Positions 11,735 through 25,551 of a stretch of DNA of 64,000 bases are shown here, piece after piece. Both the position numbers and the translations under genes were made by a program. The notes below the pieces were generated by a model. It was not told the DNA's origin and made no database searches. It worked only from the letters and a program-made list of their open reading frames with translations. Numbering within the stretch: the stretch's first letter is position 1; each line of letters begins with the position of its first letter. The stretch comes from Vicugna vicugna (lineage: Eukaryota): NCBI GenBank assembly GCA_013265495.1, contig MU058384.1, forward strand, positions 5,266,792 through 5,330,791, read 5' to 3'.

Positions 11735-12604
11735 TGAAGGACATTTTTTCTATCTCGTCATCTTTCTTAGATAGACAGTAATTAATTTCATGTTTTCTGG
11801 GTTCTAAACTTAATATCAGACTATTCCATTCGTCCCTTTCTAGCAGAGGTGAGACACAGACTGCAAGCCAGTCACACTCATTGCAGATGTGAGGCTGCCC
11901 GGCTTTGCTCTCTGGAATGACTATTGTCTTTTACCTTGATAATTATTCAACTCATGGAGATGATACCTCTTTTCACAAACTAAATGGTAGGTTATTGGAT
12001 GGCAGAAATCAATCTGATAAATCAAAGCCTCCAAAATTATCATATGCTGATAATTTTAATATCCCTTGAAATGTCTGGAAGTAGGTATTCTTTTCTTGTT
12101 TGAGATTCTGAAGTAAGCACCCTAAGTGAAATTTAAACATTTACTGTCTCTAATATAATGGGTAAATAAAATCTCTAAATAATACAGAAAACTCATTTTA
12201 ACTCATACTATTTTCTCTTGACACGCTGTTTCACAAAGTTAATAAAAACTATGGGAATGGTTGGTTTGAATTTTATCCCCTTCTTCCCCAAACTTCTGCT
12301 GATAAAGATATTTTGGTCACTAAAATGTTTAAAAGGACTCTAGCAGGTATGCCAAGAGCCTATGTAATTTTTTAAACAAATAATTTAGAGTTTATCTGAA
12401 AGAATTGAGTGTGTAAGACTTCGCAAGCATCATTAAACCAACTCAATGTCAATAATTTGTAAATATAGGAAGTTTGCTAAAACATTCTGGAAAATCTTTA
12501 AAATCTGTCTGATGATTTTACTACATAAAACTGGAAACATGGGGAGATATCTTAAATTTTTCCCAAATCCTTTTTTTTTTTTTTGATGTATTTGTTTTCC
12601 GGTC

Positions 12605-13112
12605 AAGAGTAGACAGAGACTTTTAGCTGCAAATAACAGAAACCCAATGCAAACTCTTTAAAGCAGAAAAATAAATGCTATGAATTGAGGGGCCCAGGTT
12701 TGTGTGTTTTTGATGCTCTTTCTTTCTCCATCTTGCTTCTCTTGATTTCTCTTACATATTGGCCTCATTCTTACCTATTACTTAAAAAGAATGACATATT
12801 GCTCATGGTTAGGAAAGATGATGGTAGGCAGCTCCAAATTTAATTTTTCTTACAACTTGCCACTCTAGAGGGAGGGAGACCCTTTCCTGTACTATTTCTA
12901 CATAGGAAATCTCAGCAAAGACCCAGACTAGTTCTTCACAGGTCATAGGTCCATTTCTGAACAAATTATCATGACTGGGGGAACTGGATTGGGTTTGGTC
13001 AGCCTCATTATCACTACATAAACTATATCCTTTTTAAAGGGAAGATGTGTACTGTTACCAGAAGAAAAGGGAAAGAGGAGCTGGATGGACAAAATACAAC
13101 AGATGTCCACTA
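12605..13112 (-). mobile_element. MaLR solo LTR (old MLT1-like)
   Basis: gctgcaaataacagaaaccca at one end and tgttaccagaagaaaaggg...gctggatggacaaaa...agatgtccacta at the other. Confidence 0.7.
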
Positions 13113-13550
13113 TTTTGTGGCTCTTTTATTGTTGCTTTGGTTTTTAGTTCCACAGCCCTACTTGAAAACATTTTAAGTGTGGCAGACTGTTTTTCTCCAC
13201 TTCTCCAAGAGCACATAGATTATTTGGCCTATTTTCTCAATTTATATAAATGAAATCATACCGTATATACTCTTTTGTGTCTGGCTTAACTTCACTCGAT
13301 GTTGTATTTGTGAGAGTTCTCTATGTTGTTAAACACAGTTTGTTCTGTTACTACTCTTTGGTATCCCATTGTATGAATATGCCACGTTTTACTTAACCAT
13401 TCCCATTCTGTGGTTGATGGATATTCGCACTGCTTCCAATTTTGAGCTACTATGAAGTGCTGTTATATATGTTGTTTCATGCTGTTTGAGAAGTGTATGT
13501 ATACATTTCTCTTGTTTATACACTTAGGAGAGAATTGCTGGATCATATTA

Positions 13551-13853
13551 TAGTTGCCTCTCCATATGGGCAGATTCAATCAACTGCAGATCAAAAATAT
13601 TCGGGAGGAAAAGTTTTAGAACACTCCAAAAAGCAAAACTTGAATTTCATACAACTATTTACATATAATTTACATTGTATTAGGTATTATAAGTAACCTA
13701 TAGATGATGTAAAGTATACAGGAGGATGTGGTAGATTATATGCAAATACTACACAAATACTACAAATACTATGCTCAGAGGGACCTGAGCATCCATGGAT
13801 TTTGTTACCCACAAGGGTCTTGGAATCATTCCCCCACAGATACTGAGGAACTG
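13551..13853 (-). mobile_element. MER2/MER2B-like TcMar-Tigger MITE nested in L1
   Basis: Terminus ggaatcattcccccacagatactgaggaactg; TA on both sides (13549-13550 and 13854-13855); the L1 sequence resumes afterwards. Confidence 0.85.
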
Positions 13854-14215
13854 TATGGGTATATATGCAGCTTGAGTAGATGTGCCAGTTTTATTTTTCA
13901 AAGTGGTTTTACCAGTTTATACTCCTACCAGCAATAAATGTGAATTCTAGTTGTTTCCACATCCTTACTAACACTTGATATTGTCAGTTTTTAATTTTAG
14001 CTTTGTTAAAGGGTGTGCATATGTTTCCTTATTGTGGTTTTAATTTGCATTTCCCTGATGATTAATGTGTTTGAGTATCTTCTCATGTGTTAATAGGTCG
14101 TTTGTTTATTTTTTTCTGTGGAGAGCCTGTTCAAGTCTTTGGCCCATTTTTCCATGGGGTTGTCTTTTTTTTCTTACGGATTTTAAGGAATTCTTTATAT
14201 ATTCTGGACTTAAGA

Positions 14216-14217
<2 letters not shown>

Positions 14218-14253
<36 letters not shown>
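14218..14253. repeat. (CA)n microsatellite
   Basis: Read directly from the sequence. Confidence 0.95.
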
Positions 14254-14256
<3 letters not shown>

Positions 14257-14494
14257 TGGCTTGCTTTTTAATAGTCTTAACGATATCATTAGATGAAGAG
14301 TTCCTATTTTACTGTATTTCAAGCCAGCACCCTTTTCTTTTACCTTTGGTGCTTATTACATCTTCTTCAAGATTCTCTTGGGCATTCTTAGTCTTCGCAG
14401 CACTATATACATTTTACAATCAGTTTGTCAGTTTCCATAAAAAGCCTGCTAGTGTTGGGATTGCTTTGAATCAAAATTTTTGGATGATCTTTCT

Positions 14495-14760
14495 TAGAAA
14501 GTCACATTTAGGCTGAGACCTAAAGGATTAGAAGGAGCCAGTTATGTAAGGTCGGTAGGGAGGGGGGCAGAATTTCGAGGGCAAGGGGAACATAATGTGT
14601 AAAGGCCCAAAGTATAAAATATTGGTGAAATCAAGAAACTAACTGCAAGATGACTTGTGTGGCAGAAGGAAAGGGACTGAGGTGAAGCTGGCATGTGGGT
14701 CAAAACCCAAATCCTACAATCTTGAAGGCCATGGTAAAGGGTTTGGATTAAGAAGTGATC
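14495..14760 (-). mobile_element. LINE-2 fragment
   Basis: acatttaggctgagacctaaagga...tgtgtaaaggccc...aaggccatggtaaagggtttggatt. Confidence 0.7.
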
Positions 14761-16477
14761 AGTAGAGACTTAGAAACTTTTGCTTTGTTTGCCTGCTATT
14801 AAAATGCTTTTGCTAAGAAAAGATTTTACTTTGGCCTTTATTTTACTTTAAAAAAAAAGATGATTTAATTTGAAAAGCCCTCAGAAATTCACAAAGCTAT
14901 AATTTGATTCTCTTTGATTCATTTGTAAGTTTTGTTGGACTCTTTGACTCAAATTTGGGCTGAATACACCCATGGGTACTTTCTGAACCCATTTAACTCC
15001 CACAGTTCCCTGTATTTGAACTCAGTGCACTACACCATTTCTTTGAAAGCTAGGTAAAAATTGCCCTCCTGCCACCCCGTGACTCAGTATATGTTCTTTT
15101 TATGTCTATTTCATTCTTCTTTATTCACTGGGAAGAGTCATAAAAGAGATGCATCAACTGTAAATGAGGGAGTGTGAATGTGTGCCCATTCTCCTCAAGC
15201 ATCCATAGAAACACTTGTAGCTGAGAACTCTTATCAAAAGGCCTTTTGCTATTTCAGGGGCAGTGCTAAAATACACAATGATTATATGTTTTTATTGTTT
15301 CAAAGGATCTTTGCTGTTCTTTAGAAAGAATGCAGCTACCTTAGCAGTTGCAACACCCCTCCATGTATAAAATGCTCTCCCAGTGAGTCCAATCTGTTAT
15401 ATTTATGTCAAAATGGGCAACCTTTACAACGGTACTTTCTATCAGAGTGATAACATAGGGCTCTCAAAAGTAAATCCTTGTTAACTTTGTCTTAGTACCA
15501 TAGAAAAACAATGCAGTTCAACACATAGTTGAGTAACCACGGACAAGTTATGTTGTTAGACTTGTCTGAGGATGCAAAGATGACCAAGGCTGAAAAACCA
15601 ATATTTAGTGTCTGTCTATTCCAGAGCACAGTGGGGTAGGGTTCTCTTACAGAAAATGGAATGGGTCAAGGTGAGAGGAAATGGAAGAATAAGACACAAG
15701 TAAGGGAGAGTTTAACAGGCATAGATGAGCTATAAATAAAGCAATGGTGTTAATCCTTGCTTTCCCAACTCTACTTGGCCTTGGTAGCCCTGGCCTCACC
15801 AACATGTGTAGTCTGGAAAAGTCTTGTCACCTGAAGTCTCTTACTCAGTAGGTTGGGGTCCATTTCTTCAGATCATATAGTTACTCCTGGATCTAAGCTC
15901 CACTCTGAGCTCCTGAGCCCTTGTTAGGGTCCAGACTCTTCTCTGAGGGCATGACCACACTCCCCAAATACTCAGCCACTGTCTGGGCTGTGTAACAAAT
16001 GAATCAGCCCCCCTGGGGCTCCCATGTTTTCTCCTGCTTGATTTGTTTATGTGCTTCTGTCAAAAGGTTCTCCTCCTGTAGCCCTTCTGCTAGACCTAAG
16101 GCCCCTTGGGAAGTGGTGTTGGCATTTCCTCCATGGGTTGCCAAACTTCCTTAGGCACAGATGTGGATGGTAGGTTTACTTCCTTGCAGTGGGGTCAGTC
16201 TGACGGCTTTGTCTGTCCTTTAGCTCTAGACCCACCAGGTTCTAGTTCTCTTCCCATTTCTTAACCAGCCGTAGTTAGGGCTCCTTCAATTTATCCTCAC
16301 TACAATAAATAATTATTCTGGATTTTGTTTGCCTTTATGGCCTTTTAGGTTTCTGCTATAGATTTAATGAAATGATTTCTATATATTCTTAGTGTCCCAC
16401 ACACGACGTTGCTTTTGATTCAGGAAGTCACTCTATAGAAGAAGATTTAAAGTTGATGTCCTTAAGGTTCATAGGTT

Positions 16478-16850
16478 TTATGTACCCATCTCTCAGAAGT
16501 ACCTGGCCTTAGAGAACAGCTGAAAAGCCTACTCAGAACAACTGAAAACTATTTAAACACCAGCTGGAATATACTATCTTGGAGAGCTAGTGTCTGTCCT
16601 GCCTAATGCAACACATGCTGTGAATCAGCAAATGATACATGGTGCTATTCTTCGAGAACCAGAAGATGCAGGTGTTTGTACAAGGGATGTAAATTAAAGT
16701 GGTTCTTTACATGACACTCTTAATGATACACCATTTACAAAAATCTTTCATGCAACTTTGGTCTCAGCTGATTTAGAGATATCCGATTTCAAGGGAGGTA
16801 TGTGTCCACTGAAATGAAAGCTGAACCTCTCACCTGTCTATCTGGTCTCC
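16478..16850 (+). mobile_element. Degenerate ERV-L internal fragment (integrase end into dUTPase start region)
   Basis: atgctgtgaatcagcaaatgatacatggtgctatt...ctcagctgatttagagat...aagggaggtatgtgtccac resembles my recollection of the ERVL-int pol 3' region; no intact ORF. Confidence 0.65.
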
Positions 16851-16864
16851 TTAAAAATTGTTGT

Positions 16865-18822
16865 TCCCATTTTATTGAGAGAAAACTGACATGTAACTTC
16901 GTGTAAGTTTAAGGTGTACATTTTGATGATTTGATATATGTATGTTAGGAAATGCTTGTCACGATAATGTTAGTTAACACATCTATCACCTCACATGGCT
17001 ACCATTTTTATTTATCTATTTTCTGTGCTGAGAACTTCTAGAATTTATTCTCTTAACAAGTTTCAAGTAAAAAATGCAGTATTATCAACTATAGTCACCA
17101 TGCTGTACATTAGATTCTCAGAACTGATTCATCTTATAGCTGAAAGTTGATATCCTTTGACCACCTTCACTTATTTCCCCCATACTCCTACCCCTGGCAA
17201 CTACCAATCTACCTCTTGTTTCTATGAGTTGTTTTTTCTTTTTTTAGGATTCCACATATAAGTAAGACCAGATGGTATTTGTTTTTCTTTGTCTGACTTA
17301 CTTCACTTAGCATAATGCCCTCAAAGTTCATTCATGTTGTCTAAATGGAAGGATTTTTATTTTTTATGGCTGAATAATATTCCATTGCATGTAAATACCA
17401 CATTTTCTTTATCCATTCATTTGTTAATGGAGACTTGGGTTGTTTTCATGTTTTGACTATTGTAAATAATGCTGCAACAAACATGGGGGTACAAATATTT
17501 CTTCAAGATAGTTATTTCTTCCCTTTTGGATATACACCCAGAAGTGGGATTGCTATTCTTAATTTTTTAAAGAACTCCATTATTGTTTTCCATAGGGGCC
17601 ATACTGATCTATGTCAACACTTGTTATCATTTGTCTTTTTAATAATAGCCATTCTTACTAGTATAAGATGATATCTTATTGTGATTTTGATTTGCATTTT
17701 CCTGATGGTTAGTGGTGTTGATCATCTTTGCATGTATCTGTTGGCCATTTGCAAATCTTTGGAAAGATGCCTATTCAGGTCCTTTGCTCATTTTTAAATC
17801 AGATGCTGCTGCTGCTGCTGCTGCTATTGAGTTGTATGAGTTCCTTACATATTTTTGATATAAATCTCTTATCAGATACATGATTTGCAAACATTTTCTT
17901 GTATTCTGTATGTTGTCTTTTCATTTTGTTGATTGTTTCTCTTGCTGTAGAAGCTTTTTAGTTTGATATAGTATTATTTATTTTTGCTCTTGTTGCTTGC
18001 ACTTTTAGTTTCATATCCAAAAGATCTTTGCCAAAGCCCATTTGAGGAACATTTTTTCCTGTTTTCTTCTAGGAGTCTTATGCTTCAGGTCTTATATTTT
18101 AGTCTTTAATCCATTTCAAGTTAATTTTTTGAGTTGTTTGAGTTGTGTAAAGTAGGGATTCAGTTTCATTCTTTTGCATGTATATATTCATTTTTCCCAA
18201 CACCAGTTTTTAAAAAGATCCTTTTCCCTATTGAGTATTCTTGGCTCTCTTTTCAAATATTAGTTGACCATACATGCATGGGTTTATTTTTGGGCTCTGG
18301 ATCCATTGGACTATGTGTCTGGTTGTATGCTAGTACCATACTGTTTTGATTATTATAGCTTTACAATATAGTTTCAAATCAGGAAGTGTGATGATTCCAA
18401 CTTTGTTCTCCTGTCTGACGATTGCTTTGGCCATTTGGGATCTTTTATGGTTCCATGTAAATTTTAGGATTTTAATTCTATTTCTATAAAAAATGCCATT
18501 GGAATTTTGGCAGACATTGCATTGACTCTACAGATGGCTTTGGGTAGGATGGATATTTTATCAATGTTAATTTTTGCAATCCATAAATATGGGATATATT
18601 TCCAGTTATTTATGTATTTTTCCATTTCTTTGATCAGTGTCTTATAATTTTCAGTGTACAGACCTTTCACTTCCATGGTAAAATTTATTTCTAAGTATTT
18701 TATTGTTTTGATGCTATTATGAATAGGATTTAAAAACATTCTTTTTCAGATATTTCATTGTTAACATATGGAACTGCAACTGATTTTTGTATATTAGTTT
18801 TGTATCTTGCAACTTTACTGAT
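16865..18822 (-). mobile_element. L1MA9-like LINE-1, about 2 kb (3'UTR plus ORF2 3' part)
   Basis: ORF2 remnant IKYLEINFTMEVKGLYTENYKTLIKE...[21 protein letters not shown] (18464-18739); 3'UTR motif gttaacacatctatcacctcacat. Confidence 0.92.
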
Positions 18823-19640
18823 GCAGAATAGTTGAAATACTTAAGTAGAAACATTTATTATTTATTTATGATTTTTGAAGGAATGGTTTGGGAATGAAAG
18901 CATATAAAGAAGTTAAGGGCCAAAGGTGAGAGAATGATATGACCATTTGCTGTGCTTTTGGCTCTAGTCATGGAGCACTTTCCCTATTTGGGAGAAGTTT
19001 TACATTAGATTAATCTTGATGAGGGCAATACCCTGTTTCTTGTTAAGGAGGCTGAGGGAACTGTCTCATGAAGGCTGATGTACAAGACTATAACCTGGCT
19101 CAACCAATCAGAAGCTTACATCTAGGCATGGAATTCTGAGTGGATGCAGCAGAGATGAGGTGATAGCTAGAATTCATTTGCATCAGGCTGTCCCATATTT
19201 TAGATGTTTTCAGGAATGTGGAAAAATGAAAGTAATCTAGATACCTACTTCAAAACTCATTAAGATTAACCCATGGATGTTACATAGTAAAAGTATTTTT
19301 GGTCTTCATGCTTTTTAAAAATATTTATCACTCCTCCCCCCAGTTGACAGTATGGTACAGCCAAAATAATTGTAGACTATTACTGACATGTGTGTTGTAT
19401 TTTTTTCCTACTTATTCCCAGCACCTAATCTGACACATTGTAAGTACTGACAAATGTTTGTATGAATGTTTTTCAAGAGAGATAAATATGGTATTATCAA
19501 CAAAAAATTTTAATCTGTTGCATTCTTTGATGAAATTTCTAGTAATATAAAACTTTGACCATTTTATTTCATCTTGTTATATTTTTTAGCAGAATTATCA
19601 TGTTTATTACCACATCTATTTATTTCTGCAACCAATACTT

Positions 19641-19894
19641 AAAAAAAATTTTTTTATTGAACTGTAGTTGATTTACAATGTTAGTTAGTTTCAGGTGTAC
19701 AGCAAAGGGATTCAGTTATACATATACATACATATATATTTTTTTCTTTTCAGTTTCTTTCCCAGTATATGTTATTATAAGAAATTGAGTATATAGTTCT
19801 CTGTGCTATAAGTCCTTGTTGTTTATCTATTTTATACATAATAATGTGTCTGTTAATCCTCAACCTCTAATTTACCCCTCCCTGCCCCTTCCCT
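19641..19894 (-). mobile_element. Cetartiodactyl-type L1 3' end
   Basis: gtagttgatttacaatgttagttagtttcaggtgtacagcaaag; TSD caaccaatactt at 19629-19640 and 19895-19906. Confidence 0.92.
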
Positions 19895-21309
19895 CAACCA
19901 ATACTTTTTACTTGTTAGATTTCCTAATACTTAACCTTTTTTTGATCTGCCTGGTAATTCCAACAAAAATAATCATTTTTCTTCAGTTTAGAGATTGAAC
20001 TGGTGACATTTATTGCCAGAATTCTTTGCAGTATAGATGGCCCAGTGATGCTACATATTGATGAAACCATCATCAGTTTGAAAATCACTGGTGTGCCATT
20101 TTAGCTCATATCATCAAGGGCATTGATGTTCACAGTTCATTGTCCTCAAAATTTCATAGAACAGTATTACAAAAACACTTTGAAGAAAATGTCTGAAAGT
20201 CATCAGGCTGAATATCCCCATCATTTCCCTGAGAACTAGCTTTTTTAGAAACAGAGAGGTAATCCATGCACAGCTATGCTGTATCTATCAGAGAAAGCAA
20301 AATGGAAAAAAGCAAAAGTTGAAGTAGATATGTGCTCATTTATAGAATTTAAATACTTTCCTTTTGGAAAAAGTTCCAGAATCCTATGGTTGAAGTTGCT
20401 TTCCATAGCAGATAAATCTAATTGGTATCTTCTGGGGTTATAGGATCATCATTAACATGAGATCATCTTGCCCATAGTAAATATTAAAAATGTGATTTCT
20501 AAGTTAGTCAATATATTTGAAAATGGCCATGTGACTTGAACAGGAAACTTACAAAACTTCTTTTTTTCCCTTCTTTTTGGGTCATATTTACTGAGATTTT
20601 ATTTTTTTTCAGACAGAAAAATTGCTGATAATTTCAGTGTTAAAATCTGGACTGAAAGAAACAGCATGTTTTTTCCCTAGCTCCTACCTCATATCTAGCA
20701 CACATTCTACAAAGGTACCTAAGTGATGAGATTGGTAAAAATCCAATAAACTGCGTAATTTGAATATACTTTCCCCAACAGAAGAAGTAATTGTAGTGAA
20801 GTTAAAGCAATTTAATTCCAATCATGGAATTTGTCACTGAGCTGCTCTCTGATAACAGGCGGCAGCATTTGTTCCAGGATTCGGGGATAAGGAGCCAGTA
20901 GAAACCACCCTGGCACCTTCTGACCATCTGCAGTTACCTCGTAGATTCCGATTAAATGACAGCGTCTGAGCTGCAAAATTAAGCTTCCTTTGAAAAAGTG
21001 AGTAAGAGGAAGAAAGAACCCAGTTAGAGGGAAAACGAGGGCTCATGCAAGAACTGGTGAGGCACAGAGAAGCGATTGAAGGATTAAAGATGACCTCCTC
21101 TGAGGACACGCTCCTCTTCCCCTGGACGACTGTCACACTGCCCTGGCTGATGCAGAAGCAAGTCACAAGGCTGAGGTCATGTGAGTGCCGGGCTGTGAGG
21201 CGGATGGCTCAATGCTCCCATGGAATCATGCACGACAGCCCTGTATGTGGGCTGTCCCACAACCAGGCTGAGCTGGAGGGTGGTTCTGCCTCTGCTAAGA
21301 CACTAGTGG

Positions 21310-21470
21310 GAATAGCCTGACACTTAGATGCACTTTATCCTAGCTCTGTCCCTCTAGCTAGCTGCATAGACAGTTTACATAAGTATCAGTTTCCTAGAGG
21401 GGTTGTTGTGAGGATTATGTATAAAGTATCCAGTATAACATGGAGTTAGCAAAATTTTGATAAATGGTAG
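21310..21470 (+). mobile_element. MIR fragment
   Basis: tcctagctctgtccctctagctagctg...gggttgttgtgaggatta...taaatggtagc. Confidence 0.65.
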
Positions 21471-21481
21471 CGATGATGATA

Positions 21482-21513
<32 letters not shown>

Positions 21514-21564
21514 GGTGATGAGGAAGAGGAGGAGAAGGAGGAAGATAAAGATGAGGAAGATGAT
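21471..21564. repeat. Compound (GAT)n(GGT)n(GAR)n trinucleotide repeat at the MIR tail
   Basis: Read directly from the sequence. Confidence 0.9.
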
Positions 21565-22202
21565 CAAAAGAACCAAGCATTGGCTAAGGCTGGCTTTTAT
21601 TTAAACTTTGGGTAAACCCAGCTCACTACCCAGATTAAGTATTTTCTTCATGGCACTGAATTTGACCAAGTATTATAATACACCTTCCTGCTTTTATAAG
21701 ATTTTACATGCATACACATACACACACACATTTGCTGTCATTTCTAATCTTATATTAAAATTCATAGAAATAAAGAATGGCAGCCTTCAAACAAAACTGA
21801 GTTATTACAAAACACATTTGGATGAAACAATTTTAATTTTACATTAGATTTCCCTTATTTACAATTTTTAAAAAAGGAATAGGAGACTTTGCCATATGTA
21901 AGACATTTCAAACATTCTAAAAGAACAGGAAAACGTAACAAAATTAGCAGATTTTAGCTTTTGACTATTTTCTGCATCAAAAAAGTAAAATCAATAAATA
22001 TTTTTGCTTAATCTTAACAAAAATATTCAGCCATGTATATCATTCAAGAAGATTTCTAGTAGTATCTTCTTCTGCGAAATCCTCAAATGAAGGCATCTAA
22101 CTTCATGGTGGTGGGTAGAGACATTGAGGATCAGAGAGTATAGAGCAAACCTATAGCTTTCATTCTTGGAATTCTTCAGGTGCGGGTAGGAGTGTGAGAT
22201 TT

Positions 22203-22262
22203 TATATATATATATGCAGTGTGTGTATATATACACACACACACACTGCATATATATATATA
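22203..22262. repeat. Microsatellite palindrome with 24-bp perfect arms
   Basis: 22203-22226 is the reverse complement of 22239-22262. Confidence 0.9.
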
Positions 22263-22484
22263 TACATAGTATATACATATTCTAAGATCATATTGCAAGT
22301 TCAACTAAATTTTGTTCTAGTCATATGGCTGCTCATATCTCTATTAGTGCTTACTTACTTGCATCGTAATTAACTGTTTTCTCTTTCAAAGGACTGAAAG
22401 TTTTTTGCAAAGTAGTGTCTCAGTGCAGGATGGAGTAGGGGGCTTAGGTGGCAAAATTATAGTTAATTCACTGTTGTGTTTTCT

Positions 22485-22560
22485 GGGCTGAGTCTGGTTT
22501 GGCACATAGTAGGTGCTCAATGAATGCATGAATAAATCATTGAATAGATGATTGAATGAA
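22485..22560 (+). mobile_element. LINE-2 3' terminus
   Basis: tggcacatagtaggtgctcaatgaatgcatgaataaatcattgaat. Confidence 0.8.
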
Positions 22561-23819
22561 AGATACTTTGAGAGACTTGAAAATACCTTGTTCTTTAAAT
22601 GAAAAAAAAGCAACATGCTTCCTGCTTTCATTTTCCCCTGATACATAATTTGGTGAAGCTGATAGCAGCCCACAGCATGCCAGGACTTGGCTATCTTGTA
22701 ACCAAATTGCTTGTGAAAGTGGTCTGAAGAGGTGGTAAACACTATGAGACTAAATACCAACAATGCTGTAAGCCAACAAGTACCATTAGGAAGGGGAAAA
22801 GAGCTTTGAGGAAATTTAATAATAAAATCCAAGAGCCCCATCAAGTTTAATGACTCAAAATTCAAGAAGATTATAATTTTCAAAAATGCTATTAGGGCAA
22901 GTTGTATACTGACAGTTGAGTACAGAACAGTAAAACTGATAATTAAGATTACGGGTAGAATAAAAGCCATATTAGGGTTATTACACTGGAACTTTTTGAA
23001 TGAGTGATGTACCGACAGAGATAAGCTTTATTGCAGAAAAGTGATTAACAAGTTTATCGTCTGTACAGTCAATGTTCTTGCTGAATGCTGAGGCTACTGG
23101 AAAATAAGATGGAAAATACATTTGAAAAGTGTTCTCTTTCACATTCCTTGATGAAATCTTGTTTGCCCCATATCCTTATATGTGGAGAAGATAATATCTG
23201 GAAACTTCCACTTCTATATCTTGAGATGCAAACATTTTTCTCCTCATGGTCTAAGTCAGCATCATTTTGGAGCATGGTACAAGTTGTTTTGAATAAGTTT
23301 ACCTTCTTTGGTCACTTTGTAAATTGTTCTCAGCTGTAAATTGTCACAGATCACATTTTGTGACTAAAGAATGAAGAAATGAAACTCAAATTTAGGATGC
23401 AGATAATCTCTCTCGAGTATCACTCTTTTAAGTCAGGCATTTTTAATGGGTTCATCAGTGAAAATTAATTCTGAAGACATTTCTGTGTCTCCAAATTCCC
23501 CCTCTCAGATGGGTATCAGATTTGGGCTGTCTCCAAAAACAGGACAGCAAATTGTCTATTATGGTACGATTCAAAGAAGAGCTTCTTTGAGCAGAGGACT
23601 GAAAGTATGGCTGATAGCCCACGCCTTGGAAGCAGTCAGTATCTATGGCTAAACTTCCCTTGCTGAGCTTTTTCATGTATCAGGTTTGCAATGCGGTGTT
23701 CGGTTATTGTCTCCCGGTGGCACAAGCAAAATTTGAAGAAATGACAAGAAAAATCATAGAATGAGGCATGAACCAAATTAATTCTGTTAGGCCTCACCCT
23801 ATATTAGGGGACAATGAGC

Positions 23820-24035
23820 TACGGGGTAGTGGGAAGCACACCATCCTTGGTGAGTGTCAGGGTTCTGACCCTAGCTCTGCCGTCTGGAAGCCTTGGGCCA
23901 GTCACTTGGACACGCTGAGACTCAGTTTCTCCATCTGATGTATCAACCAATAGGATTCTCATGACCCTTAAGTGAGATAACTTATATACAATTACCTTGT
24001 GAAATGTAAAAAGTTGTGTAAGTGTAAGGTATTAT
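23820..24035 (+). mobile_element. MIR
   Basis: gggttctgaccctagctctgcc...ccttgggccagtcactt...ctgagactcagtttctccatctg. Confidence 0.8.
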
Positions 24036-24274
24036 TTTCCTAAGTTATGGTAAATCTATATGTTAAAAAGCCACATAAGAGTTGTTTTTTTTTTTAACTG
24101 AATTATAAACATCCTAAATGTCCTCTTTTTGGTACATCTACTTGGTCTTAAAGAAGATTCCTTGGTAATCCGGTTAGAAAATTTGCAGAGCAGAGCTAGA
24201 ATGTTTCCATTTCTCTTGGGGTTTTGCAGTCCTCATGTAAGAAATGTCTCCCTTATCCTTTATCACAACCGCAT

Positions 24275-24480
24275 AGAACTGGACAAAGAGCCAGAGGGAG
24301 GGCCCGGGTCTGTATTCAAATCCATCACTAAGTGGAGGACTTTGGGCAGGTCCTATCACCTCTCTGAGCTTGTTTCCCAGACAGTAAGACAATAGGAACA
24401 GTGCTATCTGACTTGCTTTTCTCACAGAATTATTGTGGAAAGCAAATGAAAAAAATGGATGTAGAACACTAGCCATAATA
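24275..24480 (+). mobile_element. MIR
   Basis: actttgggcaggtcctatcacctctctgagcttgtttcccagacagtaa. Confidence 0.7.
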
Positions 24481-25551
24481 AAGTTCTGCTCATCCCTCCA
24501 GCATTACTAGTAATGGTTTGCTATATTATAAATGGGCTCGACTATAATAAAAGCAGCTTTCCATTTTGGGGGGATCTCTTCCAAATGTACTGTTAAGTGA
24601 AACCATTATATCAATGTTTGCCGACAAAGCCAGCAAGAAATGGCACTAAAATATGTGACCCCTTAGCTTAAGTGAAGTAGTTACTCAAATAAATGGAAGC
24701 ATTATCTCAAAGTGTTATTGTTAAAATAGTTTTTTCCCATAAGTAGAATTATCTGAGTACTATGAGCAATCATTTTCAAACTTTAGAGCAACTTGGTGTA
24801 GGTGACTGTTTTACATAACCTAAGATGAAATGAAAAATAGACAATTTCCCCAGAAAAATCCAGACAACTAGTACATATAATTTAGCACCATATTCCAGCT
24901 AGTAAAGTTGATAACATTTTAAAAATTTCCTCGGTAGCTGACTTAAATCACCATTCAAAAGGCTCTTTGGGCCTTAGGTTATCCAATACAACCTGTATTG
25001 ATCCCTTAACTCAGATAATTGGTGAATAAATAACAAATTTTCTTTGTGCTATGCTGATACAGCTTCTAAGGTGAAATTAGTTTCAGAACAAAGATTCACA
25101 TGGAAAGAACAGCACATAAGGAAAATGATTTCATCCCCCAATGTTCCAGGTCTTTGATACTTTCATTTTAAGAGGAAAAAGCATTTAGTAAATCAAAATT
25201 ACATATCCATCTTCTCTCCTCTGTGTGCTTCTAAGATAGTTTACTGCTAATATATCTTGAGGTAATACGCTGATAGGTTCTGCGTAAATGTATACTGTTA
25301 GCAAAAAAAGGCTATGCATCGTATGCTGTTGGGTACACAGTCCTTGAATGGTTTTTACTGGACTTTGTAGGTAAGAGCCATAAGCAATATTAGAATGTTC
25401 TGAACACTTAACTGGGAGCCAAGAGGAATGTTAAGTAAATGGAATGGCTCATTTGGAATGTGCCAGTTTATACCAGTTCAGCTCTGGATAGCAAGAGTTA
25501 GTGATTTCCCTTCTTATCAACTAAACACTCTTTCTTATCTCTTTTTAATAG

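Larger units (their letters stand above)
13200..14470 (-). mobile_element. Old L1M 3' region interrupted by MER2 and a (CA)n repeat
   Basis: ttttgtgtctggctt..., gaattgctggatcata|tgggtat, gtggttttaatttgcatttccctgatgattaat. Confidence 0.85.

Noticed and set aside
21471..21564. Acidic D/G/E-rich reading frame
   Set aside because: It is a trinucleotide expansion at a MIR tail, with no start codon or splice context.
22386..22970. Longest ORF (194 aa, minus strand, hydrophobic)
   Set aside because: It runs through an antisense L2 tail, its hydrophobicity follows from T-rich composition, and it resembles no family I know.
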